Assembly (NCBI GenBank): GCA_965237955.1
Contig: OZ250169.1
Coordinates: 4,800,001 to 4,864,000 of the forward strand
Direction of reading: 5' to 3'
DNA length: 64,000 nt
DNA from: Candidatus Marinacidobacterales bacterium
Lineage (GTDB): Bacteria > Acidobacteriota > Vicinamibacteria > Marinacidobacterales > SMYC01
Below the pieces are notes generated by a model that saw only the letters and a program-made list of their open reading frames with translations, made no database searches and had not been told where the DNA came from. How positions within the stretch are numbered: the stretch's first letter is position 1; each line of letters starts with the position of its first letter. Shown here piece by piece: positions 8,800 to 18,304 of the stretch. The position numbers and the translations under genes were made by a program.

Positions 8800-9890
8800 C
8801 AGTGGTCCACGCCGAGGCTCGCGAGCGCCCACGCGATCTCGGACTCGGGGAATCTTTCGATGGTATCGACGCGACCCCAACCCACCGGCAGGATGAAACG
8901 CAGCCCGGCGTGGCTACGTTTCTTGTCTTTGTTCACCGCAGCAAGCACGCGCGCTTTTTTGAGCTTGGCGATCGCCGGGAGCGGGCCGATGCGGCGAATC
9001 GCGGTCTCGAGCCGGCTCGCCAGCCCCGCGTCGATCGAACCGCGTCGCTCACCCAGGCGCACCGCCGCGATCATGCCCCAACCTACGGCTTCCCCGTGTC
9101 GCAGTAGCTTGTAATCGGAAGCGGCCTCGAGCCCGTGTCCGATCGTATGGCCGAAGTTCAGGATTCTACGGAGTCCGTGCTCGCCTTCGTCGCTACGGAC
9201 GACGTCGAGCTTGCGGCGAACGCCATCGCCGATGGAGCGGACGAGACCCTCCGAGCCGACCTCGAGAGGCTCTTGCTCGACGCGTCTCAGGAGCCGCGGC
9301 ACCCCGATGAAGCCATACTTGACGAGCTCGAACAGACCCGAGCGGAGCTCTCGCTTCGGAAGTGACGCCAGAAACGACGGGTCGATCCAAACGGCACTAG
9401 GACGGTACATCGCGCCAATGAGATTCTTGCCACGAGGATGATTCACGCCGACCTTCGCGCCGATAGAGCTGTCGATTTGAGCGAGAAGCGTCGTTGGGAT
9501 TTGAGCGTAGGAAACCCCGCGCAAGAACGTGGCCGCGACGAAACCCGCGGTGTCGCCCACGGTGCCTCCACCGAACGCGAGCACGGCGTCGTCGCGAGAA
9601 AAGCCCTCTCGCAGGAGCTGGTCATACAGCCGGTTGACGGTGTCGAGGTTCTTGTTCTTCTCTCCGGCCGCCATCTTGAGCGTCGTCCGCGGTATGCCCG
9701 CGCGGTCGAGGCTTTCGTAGAGCCTGTCTCCGTGCAGCCGCTCGACGACCGCCTGGGTAACGACCGCGACGCGACGCGTACCCCATAACTTCTTGATGAG
9801 CGTCCCGACACGATCGACGAGATTCTCTCCAAGGAGGACGGGGTATGGATCCCCCGCCTGATGCAATTGCCGCAACCGTCGTACACTCAA
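8799..9890 (-). CDS. aroB: 3-dehydroquinate synthase
   Basis: GGGTVGDTAGFVAATFLRG, PTTLLAQIDSSIG, KNLIG, LNFGHTIGH, HGEAV. Start is approximate. Confidence 0.93.
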   Translation of the reverse strand: MSVRRLRQLHQAGDPYPVLLGENLVDRVGTLIKKLWGTRRVAVVTQAVVERLHGDRLYESLDRAGIPRTTLKMAAGEKNKNLDTVNRLYDQLLREGFSRDDAVLAFGGGTVGDTAGFVAATFLRGVSYAQIPTTLLAQIDSSIGAKVGVNHPRGKNLIGAMYRPSAVWIDPSFLASLPKRELRSGLFELVKYGFIGVPRLLRRVEQEPLEVGSEGLVRSIGDGVRRKLDVVRSDEGEHGLRRILNFGHTIGHGLEAASDYKLLRHGEAVGWGMIAAVRLGERRGSIDAGLASRLETAIRRIGPLPAIAKLKKARVLAAVNKDKKRSHAGLRFILPVGWGRVDTIERFPESEIAWALASLGVDH

Positions 9891-9945
9891 TTTCAGAAAC
9901 CCCCCAACAGGTTGACAGGTTATCAAAACTCGTGCCGAAAAATAG

Positions 9946-10440
9946 CTAACGGAGCCAGCCGGGAAAGGCCCCGGCCTTGCGGGCACGTTCTCGGAAATCC
10001 ATGGCCACCTCTTCACGCTCCTCGCGCAAGCTTTCCAGAGTTTCTTCGATAAGCGCCACCGCCGTGTCCTCTCGCCGCCGACCCTTCAAGCGCGCCTTTA
10101 TCTGGCGGTCGCGGAGGCGCCACTCCAAGCGGCGAATGCTTGCGTTGAGCCGGGCGAGCTCGCGCTCATGGCGGGCCTTTTCGTTGCGCCAGAACGATTC
10201 CTCCTTCTCGAGATCGCGTTCGGTTTGGGGCCGGCGCCTCGTGTTTTTTGCGCTTGTCTCGACGCGCGGGTGGGCGGCGTACGTGTCGAGATCGGCATTG
10301 GTAAATGTTTTTGAGCGCTCGCTTGACGAGTGGATGGTTTGGCGCCGCGCGCGCTCCTTGCGAGCTATGGACGAAAGATCCCGCGCAACGACGATCACGG
10401 ATAGAAGAGCCAGGCAAACGATGAGAACCGCTAGTTTCAA
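9946..10440 (-). CDS. Secreted basic coiled-coil hypothetical protein
   Basis: Signal peptide, TFTNADL motif, ends ARKAGAFPGWLR. Confidence 0.6.
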   Translation of the reverse strand: MKLAVLIVCLALLSVIVVARDLSSIARKERARRQTIHSSSERSKTFTNADLDTYAAHPRVETSAKNTRRRPQTERDLEKEESFWRNEKARHERELARLNASIRRLEWRLRDRQIKARLKGRRREDTAVALIEETLESLREEREEVAMDFRERARKAGAFPGWLR

Positions 10441-10510
10441 CTCACACCTCCTTGGTTGAGCCTTGGTTGAGTAAGACGAGAAAAAGGGGCGGTGACCTCC
10501 CTCGAAAAAG

Positions 10511-11167
10511 ATGTGCTACGCTCTCGCGGTGTCCAGCGACGTCATGGCCGAACGGCGGCGTTGCATGCTCGACGAGCAGCTGGTGCGTCGCCGCATCCGC
10601 GATGAGCGTGTGCTGGACGTCATGGGACGTATCGAAAGGCATCGCTTCGTCCCCGACGACCGTCTGGCGAACGCTTACGGCGATTTCCCCATAGCGATCG
10701 GCGCAAAACAGACCCTCTCGCAGCCGTACGTGGTGGCGCTCATGACGGAAGCGCTGAAGCTCGAGGGGTGTGAGAAGGTCCTCGAGATCGGTACCGGCTC
10801 CGGGTATCAGACGGCCATCCTCGCGGAGCTTGCAGCGGAAGTTCTCACCGTCGAGGTGGTCGAAGACCTCGCGGAGGCTGCCGAAGAGCGCCTCGCGTGT
10901 TTGGGCTACGACAACGTCCGCTATCGGATCGGCGATGGACGCCTAGGCTGGCCTGAGGAGGCGCCCTTCGACGCCATTCTCGTGGCGGCGGCGCCGGGTG
11001 AGGTCCCGGCCGGGCTACGCGATCAACTTTCGCCAGCGGGGCGTCTCGTGATTCCGATCGGTCCGCCCGATTTGCAGGAGCTGGAGCTGCATGAGCGGGA
11101 TCCGGAGGATTCGTCTGGGTTCAGACTCTGTCGGCTGGGTGCGGTGAGATTCGTTCCGTTGATCTGA
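10511..11167 (+). CDS. pcm: Protein-L-isoaspartate O-methyltransferase
   Basis: QTLSQPYVVA, VLEIGTGSGYQTAIL, APFDAI, VRFVPL. True start may be 10529 or 10544. Confidence 0.92.
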   Translation: MCYALAVSSDVMAERRRCMLDEQLVRRRIRDERVLDVMGRIERHRFVPDDRLANAYGDFPIAIGAKQTLSQPYVVALMTEALKLEGCEKVLEIGTGSGYQTAILAELAAEVLTVEVVEDLAEAAEERLACLGYDNVRYRIGDGRLGWPEEAPFDAILVAAAPGEVPAGLRDQLSPAGRLVIPIGPPDLQELELHERDPEDSSGFRLCRLGAVRFVPLI

Positions 11168-11200
11168 AGCCTCGAAATCGGGCGCCCGCTCGAGGACGCC

Positions 11201-11977
11201 TTAGTCGTCTTCAGGATGTTCGCGATCGCGGCCGAACGTCCACGCGATCCCGATTGAGAGCAGGTAGAGCGCGATCATCGGGAAGGCCAGCAGTGTCTGG
11301 GTGACGACGTCGGGCGGCGTGATGATGGCGGCGGTGATGAAGATGATGAGGACCGCATACTTGAAGTTGCGCCACAGGAAGCCGGGGGTGACGAGCCCCA
11401 TGCGCGCGAAGAGGAACACGACGGTGGGGATTTGGAAGACGAACCCCGTACCCAGAATCACCCGGCTGTAGAAACCGAACACCTCCGAGACCGTCGGCTT
11501 GATGGCAATCTCCTCGCTTCCGAACGTCGTCAGGAAGTTCACCGCAGTCGGGAACAGTATGTAGTGGCTGAAAGCGGCGCCCAACAAGAAAAAGCACGTA
11601 CCGAAGAAGATGAACGGCACGGCGAACTTCCGCTCCTTCTTGTACAGACCTGGTGAGATGAACAACCACACCTGGGTGAGCCACGCCGGGGACGCCACGA
11701 AAATGGCCACGAAAAACGACATCTTCAAATGAAGAACGAAGATTTCCGGCACTTTGGTCGCGATGAGCTCTCCACCTTCAGGAAGGGCCTTGGTCATCGG
11801 ACCCATCAAGAACTCGAAAATCTCAGTCGAGAACGTGAAACACACCACGAACGCGACCGCGAGGCTGATGATTGCGAAGACGATGCGGCGGCGGAGCTCG
11901 TCCAGGTGCTCCAGAAAGGACATTTTTTCCGGAGACTGATCGTCGTCCGGAGGGGGGAGCGCGGCGGGCTGGGCCAC
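11201..11977 (-). CDS. tatC: Twin-arginine translocase TatC
   Basis: MSFLEHLDELRRR, FISPGLY..ER, AAIITPPD. Confidence 0.93.
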   Translation of the reverse strand: MAQPAALPPPDDDQSPEKMSFLEHLDELRRRIVFAIISLAVAFVVCFTFSTEIFEFLMGPMTKALPEGGELIATKVPEIFVLHLKMSFFVAIFVASPAWLTQVWLFISPGLYKKERKFAVPFIFFGTCFFLLGAAFSHYILFPTAVNFLTTFGSEEIAIKPTVSEVFGFYSRVILGTGFVFQIPTVVFLFARMGLVTPGFLWRNFKYAVLIIFITAAIITPPDVVTQTLLAFPMIALYLLSIGIAWTFGRDREHPEDD

Positions 11978-12339
11978 TAAACTTTCGTTTCGGGTGGTTT
12001 CTCGGGTTTCTCTGACTCCGTGGCATGAGCCCCGGGTGGAGGCGCTGACCCGGCGTCCTCGCGCTCGCCTTCGAAGTCATCTTCGAGCTCCGTGGCCTTT
12101 TTGATCGCCTCTTTCGCCTCGTTGCTGATGGTCTCGATGGGCTCCATGATCTCTTTCCGCGTCTCCTCCACTCGGATCTCCTGCTCGAGGGTGCTGCGCA
12201 GCTCGTTGCTGGCCCGTTTGAACTCGCCGATGCTACGGCCGAGGGACTTTCCGAGCTGGGGGAGTTTGCGGGGGCCGAACACGATGAGGGCTATTACGAA
12301 GATGATGATGAGCTCTTGCGCCCCGATTGGGCCTAGCAT
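11977..12339 (-). CDS. tatA: Twin-arginine translocase TatA/TatB
   Basis: IGAQELIIIFVIALIVFGPRKLPQLGKSLG..IGEFK. Confidence 0.85.
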   Translation of the reverse strand: MLGPIGAQELIIIFVIALIVFGPRKLPQLGKSLGRSIGEFKRASNELRSTLEQEIRVEETRKEIMEPIETISNEAKEAIKKATELEDDFEGEREDAGSAPPPGAHATESEKPEKPPETKV

Positions 12340-12550
12340 GGTAAAAACCCCCCCTAATACGTTAGGTAGCCGGCCCCATTATAGGACGAAGGGCCGCGAC
12401 GAACCACCCCTTTGGCTGTACCTAGCGAAACCAGAGCGGATCCTCGCATAGTGCCTGCAGTGCGTTTATTTTACTTGAGATCCGCCGTCTGCTAGGATGA
12501 GTAAAGATGGTATTTGTCGCTAAAACTCTACTTGTCGCAGGCGGTTGTCC

Positions 12551-14245
12551 ATGAAGAAATCTGCACTGGCCGTGGTTCTGTCTTTCGTGATCGCGGGTGG
12601 CGTCATCGGTGGCTTGTTCGGAAGCAGCGCGCAGGCGAAGGTAGACCAATACACCGAGTTTCTACGCCGTTATACCTACGTGCTACGGTTGGTGGAAGAA
12701 GAGTATGTTACCGAGGTCGAGCCCAAGGACCTCGTGCACGCTTCGATCCGGGGCATGCTACGGACGCTGGATCCGCATTCCAACTTCTTGCCGAAGCAGG
12801 AGTACACCCAGCTTCAGGAGCGGCAGCAAGGAAGCTATCACGGGCTCGGCATCTCGGTGCAGATGCGGGAAGGCAATCTGACCGTCATCTCTCCGTTCGA
12901 AGGGACTCCGGCCTACAGGCTCGGTATTCGCTCCGGCGACATCATCTCCAAGATCGAGGGCGACCCGACGCACGGGGTCGAGCTCGACGCCGCCGTCAAG
13001 AAGCTTCGTGGCCCCAAGGGTAGCGAAGTCACGATCTCGATCACCCGTGCGGGCTACGACCAGCCGTTGGATTTCACCATCGTTCGCGACAAGATCGATC
13101 TCAAGAGCGTTCCCTATGCCTTCATGCTCAACGAGGATACGGGCTACGTGCGTATTTCAGATTTCACCGAGACGACGGACCGAGAGCTCCACGAGAATCT
13201 CGTCGCGCTCCAAATCGACGGCGCCACGAAGATGGTCCTGGATTTGCGCAACAATCCCGGAGGACTTCTCGACCAGGCCGTTCTCGTCTCGAACACGTTC
13301 CTCGAGAAGGGCTCCCTGGTCGTTTACACCGAAGGGCGCACCGCCGGATCGGATGTCCAATACCTCGCCGAGCAGGCGAGCTCCAACGCCGATATGCCCC
13401 TCGTGGTGCTCGTGTCCAGGGGGAGCGCCTCGGCTTCCGAAATCGTATCGGGTGCGATCCAAGACCATGACCGCGGGCTCATCGTCGGCGAGAACACGTT
13501 CGGCAAGGGCCTGGTGCAGTCGATCTACCGCATCAGCGAAGGCAATGGACTAGCGCTCACGACGGCCAAGTACTATACCCCGAGCGGTCGAAGCATCCAG
13601 CGCGACTACTCCGGCTCCTTCGACGATTACTACTACAACGCGCGGAACGGAGAGCCGGAAGCCCCGAGTGGTGAAGTGAAGTACACCACCGCTGGTCGGG
13701 AGGTTTACGGCGGGGGCGGCATCAACCCGGATATCCCCGTTAGGTACCCGCGGTTGCCGAAGGCCGTTTTGGCTTTGAACAGCAAGAATGTTTTTTTCAA
13801 GTACTCGACCCGTTTCGCCGCGGAGGATGACCGGCGGCTTCTCGATGGAGCTGGAATCCAACCCGCAGAGGTACGGACAGCCCGCCCGAAGAATATTCGG
13901 CTCATCGACAAGGGATTTCGCGTCGACGACGAAGTTCTGGAAGACTTCTTCAGCTTCCTCGATGAAGAAGGCATGGCCTACTCGAGGGAAGAGCTGGCCG
14001 AGCACCGTGACCGGTTGGCGCTTCGCATCGAGGTCGAGATTTTCAGCGCGCTCTGGGGAGCCGTCGCTGCCCGGACCATCGAAGTCCAGTACGATCCCAC
14101 GGTGAATGCTGGACTCGATGCGCTGCCGCTGGCGGCCGAGCTCTTGAGCGATCCGGTCGCGTACGCGGAGCGAGCCGCGGCCGCGAGCTCCGGCACGAGC
14201 GAAGCCTCTGAGGGCAAGAGGGCGCAACAGGCCAAGCCGCAATAA
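12551..14245 (+). CDS. ctpA: Carboxy-terminal processing protease (S41)
   Basis: LDPHS, PDZ domain, DLRNNPGG, SASASEIVSG, TFGKGLVQ, YYTPSGRSIQ. Confidence 0.92.
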   Translation: MKKSALAVVLSFVIAGGVIGGLFGSSAQAKVDQYTEFLRRYTYVLRLVEEEYVTEVEPKDLVHASIRGMLRTLDPHSNFLPKQEYTQLQERQQGSYHGLGISVQMREGNLTVISPFEGTPAYRLGIRSGDIISKIEGDPTHGVELDAAVKKLRGPKGSEVTISITRAGYDQPLDFTIVRDKIDLKSVPYAFMLNEDTGYVRISDFTETTDRELHENLVALQIDGATKMVLDLRNNPGGLLDQAVLVSNTFLEKGSLVVYTEGRTAGSDVQYLAEQASSNADMPLVVLVSRGSASASEIVSGAIQDHDRGLIVGENTFGKGLVQSIYRISEGNGLALTTAKYYTPSGRSIQRDYSGSFDDYYYNARNGEPEAPSGEVKYTTAGREVYGGGGINPDIPVRYPRLPKAVLALNSKNVFFKYSTRFAAEDDRRLLDGAGIQPAEVRTARPKNIRLIDKGFRVDDEVLEDFFSFLDEEGMAYSREELAEHRDRLALRIEVEIFSALWGAVAARTIEVQYDPTVNAGLDALPLAAELLSDPVAYAERAAAASSGTSEASEGKRAQQAKPQ

Positions 14246-14343
14246 AATCACCACCTACTAGATCCTGCATACGCTTTCTGTTAACATACCACCTGTTGCG
14301 ATTCCATCCAATCGAGTATGTCTGCTTTCATGGAGGTTCATTT

Positions 14344-15678
14344 ATGGGACGCGCACCTTCGTTCGTCCTCGCGATGGTTACTGGTTGTACTATTAGTATC
14401 CTGGCTCTAGCTTCCGTCGCGGCAGCCCCGCGAGCGGCCCAGAGCTCGTTTCAGGACGAGATTGCCAATCTCCGGAGCCCAAACGTGGGCACCCGCGTCA
14501 GAGCTGCGAAGGCGCTCGGCAAGTCCGGACGCCCAGAGGCCATTCCCGCGCTCACCAAGGCGATGCGTGATCCGGAGCTCAAAGTTCGCCGCCAGACGGT
14601 GAGCTCGCTTCGGAGCTTCACTTCGTCAGAAGCCGTCGATGGTTTCCTCATCGGACTGCAGGACGAGGACAGAGTGGTCCGTCGTGACGCGCTCACCGCT
14701 GTGCTCGAAGTCTATGTCGGAGCCGGCAACGCCGAGAGCGAGAGTGCGTTGAGCTGGATCACCGGAGATCGCAAGCGAACCCCTGGACTGAAAGGGCTCA
14801 TCCCTTTCGACCCGCGGGTGGCGGATGCGGTTACGGCTCGGCTCCAGGATGAGGAGCCAGCGATCCGACGGCGAGCCGCGTACACCCTCGGAGTTCTGGG
14901 CGCCGAAAGTGCCGTCGCCGGTCTTTCCTCGTCGCTATACGACGGAGACAAGCGCGTGCGGCGCGAAGCCATCCACGCGCTCGCCCAGATCGGATCGGAC
15001 GACGCTGGCGAGGCGCTCCGCGATGCACTAGGAGGAGCTGCGAACGATCTGACCGGCGACGTCGTCGACGCGCTCGGTCACATGAAGTACAAGCCGGCTG
15101 CGCCGCAGCTCGTCAGTATCTACGACTCCAACGTGAACAAGCTCCGTGACCGCGCGCTAAGAGCGTTGGCCGCGATGGGGGCTCCCGACGCCCGCAGTGT
15201 TTTCTACTATCACATGACGAGCAAGAAGGCGGGCCAGCGTCGTTGGGCCGTCGAAGGACTCGGGCGGTTGGAGGACCTGGCCATGGTTCCGGGGTTGATC
15301 AAAGATTTTCTGAGGGAGCCCGATCCGAGAGTGCAGCTCGCTTATTGTTTTGCGCTCAGCTATCTCGGACAGCGCGAGTACGTCGACCGTGTGGCGCTCG
15401 ATCTCGGCAACAAGAAGCGCCGCCACCAGGCCCAAGCGTATGCCGTCGAGCTCGGCGACGAGTTCCTCGACGAGTTCGTCACCTACCTCGCGGATCCGGT
15501 CGCGCTCGTTCGCATGGAAATGACACAGGTACTCATGGAGATTGGTGACCCGAGAGCGATCCCGTATCTAGAGCCGCTCCTTGCCGACCCTGATTCGGAA
15601 GTGGCCGATCGCGCGAACGTCGCGATAGCCAGACTCCGGCAAGGCAGGCTGTCTGCATCTGCCGATCCTATCCCCTGA
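14344..15678 (+). CDS. Secreted HEAT-repeat protein
   Basis: Signal peptide; repeated VR..AA.ALG / L.D.D..VR units. Confidence 0.75.
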   Translation: MGRAPSFVLAMVTGCTISILALASVAAAPRAAQSSFQDEIANLRSPNVGTRVRAAKALGKSGRPEAIPALTKAMRDPELKVRRQTVSSLRSFTSSEAVDGFLIGLQDEDRVVRRDALTAVLEVYVGAGNAESESALSWITGDRKRTPGLKGLIPFDPRVADAVTARLQDEEPAIRRRAAYTLGVLGAESAVAGLSSSLYDGDKRVRREAIHALAQIGSDDAGEALRDALGGAANDLTGDVVDALGHMKYKPAAPQLVSIYDSNVNKLRDRALRALAAMGAPDARSVFYYHMTSKKAGQRRWAVEGLGRLEDLAMVPGLIKDFLREPDPRVQLAYCFALSYLGQREYVDRVALDLGNKKRRHQAQAYAVELGDEFLDEFVTYLADPVALVRMEMTQVLMEIGDPRAIPYLEPLLADPDSEVADRANVAIARLRQGRLSASADPIP

Positions 15679-15727
15679 CAGAGAAGACCGAGAAATCCAT
15701 CAGCCGAGGAACCCGCCAGGAGGTCAA

Positions 15728-16645
15728 ATGCGATCGTTGAAACCGCTGCTGCTCGCGGTGCTCTGCTGTTGTCTCGGGGGTCTCGCGTGCGATCGCGTCA
15801 CTGAGTTGAAGGACAGGCTCCTGGGGTCGTCGACGTCCGGAAACGCCGTCAACCCTGAGCTCGAGGCCATCCGGAGTCTGTACGAGTCGGGCGACTACGG
15901 AGGCGCTCTTCAGAGGATTGCCTCGGCCACTGAATCCGATCCGAACTTCGCCGAGGCGTACTACTACCGCGGGCTGTGCTATCTCGCCAAAGCGGGTGAG
16001 CCAGGTGAGTCTGACGCGAGCGCCCCGTTATCGCCCGACGAAGAGTCGAGCCTCGAAGCGTTCCGTCGTGCGCTGTCCATCAACCCCCGGCACGCACCTT
16101 CGAACGTCGGAGTCGGTGATCTCTACGCTCGTCGCGTCTCCGTGAGAGGGCGGCGCGGCAATACCGAAGATCCCGAAGACCCCTACGTACTCGCGCTGGC
16201 GGCCTACCAGCAGGCGGTCACGATCGATCCCACGCTCCCCAAGGCCCAACACCGCTTCGGACTGTTTCTCGAGCGGACGGGACAGCTCGACGAGGCCGAG
16301 CAGGCCTACCGGGCGGCGGCCGCGGCGGCCGCGGTCGTGCCCGAGACCGCTCCCGATTACTACGTGGCCTACGGGAAGTTTCTCGCCGGACCCGCGGATA
16401 GGCTAGACGAAGCGCTCGACCAGTTCGAGCTCGCGCAGATGTTCCGGCAGGACGACCTCTCGATCCGGCAAGAAATGGCGATCGTGCACGCGCGAATCGG
16501 GCTGCGGCACTTCGAGAAGCAGGAATACATGCTTGCCCAGAGCGCGCTCGAGGACGCCGTCGGAATGTTCCCCGACCCGAACATCCCCGAAGCGCAGAAG
16601 GCCTCGGAGGCGCTCAACCAACTTCACTCCATCCGCCGACGTTAA
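15728..16645 (+). CDS. TPR-repeat lipoprotein
   Basis: LAC lipobox; DPNFAEAYYYRG, ALSINP, AQHRFG TPR units. Confidence 0.75.
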   Translation: MRSLKPLLLAVLCCCLGGLACDRVTELKDRLLGSSTSGNAVNPELEAIRSLYESGDYGGALQRIASATESDPNFAEAYYYRGLCYLAKAGEPGESDASAPLSPDEESSLEAFRRALSINPRHAPSNVGVGDLYARRVSVRGRRGNTEDPEDPYVLALAAYQQAVTIDPTLPKAQHRFGLFLERTGQLDEAEQAYRAAAAAAAVVPETAPDYYVAYGKFLAGPADRLDEALDQFELAQMFRQDDLSIRQEMAIVHARIGLRHFEKQEYMLAQSALEDAVGMFPDPNIPEAQKASEALNQLHSIRRR

Positions 16646-16733
16646 ACCGCTCCTCCGAGTGTGGCTCTTCACACGGGCACCATGGTTGTAGTATCATCAC
16701 CCACTCGTGGGGTAACCGGGAAAGGCTGACCGA

Positions 16734-18119
16734 GTGAGGGGACTTCGTTTGGGACAATTCGTCGGCTTTCTCGTCCTCGGTCTCTTTGCCGTGACCTTGT
16801 GCGCCGCGGACAGTCCTGACGACGACGATTCCTGGAACGATATCGCTTCCGACGAGAAGTCTCTGGTTTTCGGGAGATTCGTCGGCAAGTTCGGAAGCAG
16901 GTTTTACCGCTCTCGCAAGGTGCGGCTCCGCGAGGTCACTACCGGCGAGGTCGAGGTCTTGGAGATCGGCAAAGCCTTGGGCCATATCGCCGAGACGATC
17001 CCGCCCGGCATCTACGACATGCTCGGCTTCGAAGCCGTCTACTATCCCCCCACGACGCGCCCGAGCACCCCGGGTCAATACCGACCGATTCGCCAGCGTT
17101 ATAAGGTGAGCCCGAAGGCGGGCGACTCTATGACGAGCCGCATTCTCGTACCCAAAGATCGGCCGGTGTACATCGGCACGATCCAGGCGGACAACTCGTC
17201 CGACGGCATCGTGTATCGCGGGCACCAGCTCCGCATCATCGATGATTTCCAAGAATCGTACCGGCGTCTCTCGAGCTCTTACCCCACCCTGGTGGGGAGC
17301 CTCGAGCGTCAAGGTATCGTTCCCGCGCGTCATTTCATGTTGAAGCCGACGGAAGTGCCCGGCCCGCTCGTTCGCGTCGTGGGGCTCGACGATCCCATCA
17401 AGCAGGCGCGCGAGTACATCCGGGACGGAAAGTACCGCCAAGCACTCACCTGGCTCAATACGTTCATGCCGGCTTCGGACGAGGAGCGCACCGAGGTCAA
17501 GCTTCTCGTGGGCGAGGCGCTTCTCGCGGACCAAGAGTACGAAGACGCTATCGAGGAGCTGGGCGAGGTGCTTCTCATCGATCCCAGCAATACGCGCGCG
17601 CTACGTCTGCTCGCTCGCGCCCACGTTTTCGACGGAAATCTCGAGGACGCTCAAAATCTCTACCAGGCCCTGGCCCAGACGTTGCGCGGCGACGCCGAAG
17701 CTCATCTGCATCTCGGCTATCTCTACGCCCTTCAGGAAGAGAGTACACGCGCGCGCGAGCAGTTCGGCGCTGCGTTCGAGAACGATTTCGATTATCTACT
17801 CCACGACTTAGCCCCGTTTGTCATCGCCCTGCGCGAAGCGGAAGAAGAGGGAGAGTACTTGCCGCCGCGGGTCGTGAGATACAGCGTGGCGCCACCGAAG
17901 AACATGGATTCACGTCGTTCTTGGGCCAACGGTGGGTTCTCGCTCCTCATCGATCACGAAGGTAACGTCAAAGCTGCCGAGATCGGATCGCAGACCCAAG
18001 GCACCGCCACGATGATGATGATGTCCTTGCTCAAGGCGACCTACCAGCCTGCGAGCCTCAACGGCATCCCGATCCCGGCGGTTCTCAGCATGGGCGTTTC
18101 CGACGTTCCGCGCCAATAG
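16734..18119 (+). CDS. Secreted TPR protein with TonB C-terminal-like domain
   Basis: Signal peptide, central TPRs, C-terminal LLIDHEGNV...YQPASLNGIPIP. Confidence 0.6.
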   Translation: MRGLRLGQFVGFLVLGLFAVTLCAADSPDDDDSWNDIASDEKSLVFGRFVGKFGSRFYRSRKVRLREVTTGEVEVLEIGKALGHIAETIPPGIYDMLGFEAVYYPPTTRPSTPGQYRPIRQRYKVSPKAGDSMTSRILVPKDRPVYIGTIQADNSSDGIVYRGHQLRIIDDFQESYRRLSSSYPTLVGSLERQGIVPARHFMLKPTEVPGPLVRVVGLDDPIKQAREYIRDGKYRQALTWLNTFMPASDEERTEVKLLVGEALLADQEYEDAIEELGEVLLIDPSNTRALRLLARAHVFDGNLEDAQNLYQALAQTLRGDAEAHLHLGYLYALQEESTRAREQFGAAFENDFDYLLHDLAPFVIALREAEEEGEYLPPRVVRYSVAPPKNMDSRRSWANGGFSLLIDHEGNVKAAEIGSQTQGTATMMMMSLLKATYQPASLNGIPIPAVLSMGVSDVPRQ

Positions 18120-18304
18120 TCTCCGCGTGCGGGGTGATTCCCACATCTGTGCCGACTTGACACACCTCGGTAGCCTTCGATACATCGTTATTGAGGGTAT
18201 TCGAGCCCTGCCTCTTTTAAAAAGCGCTGTAAATTCATAATTCTCATCCCTTCGGGCGTCCGGCATCCTTGACCGTTTAAACGCAACGAAAAGGGGAACT
18301 AACC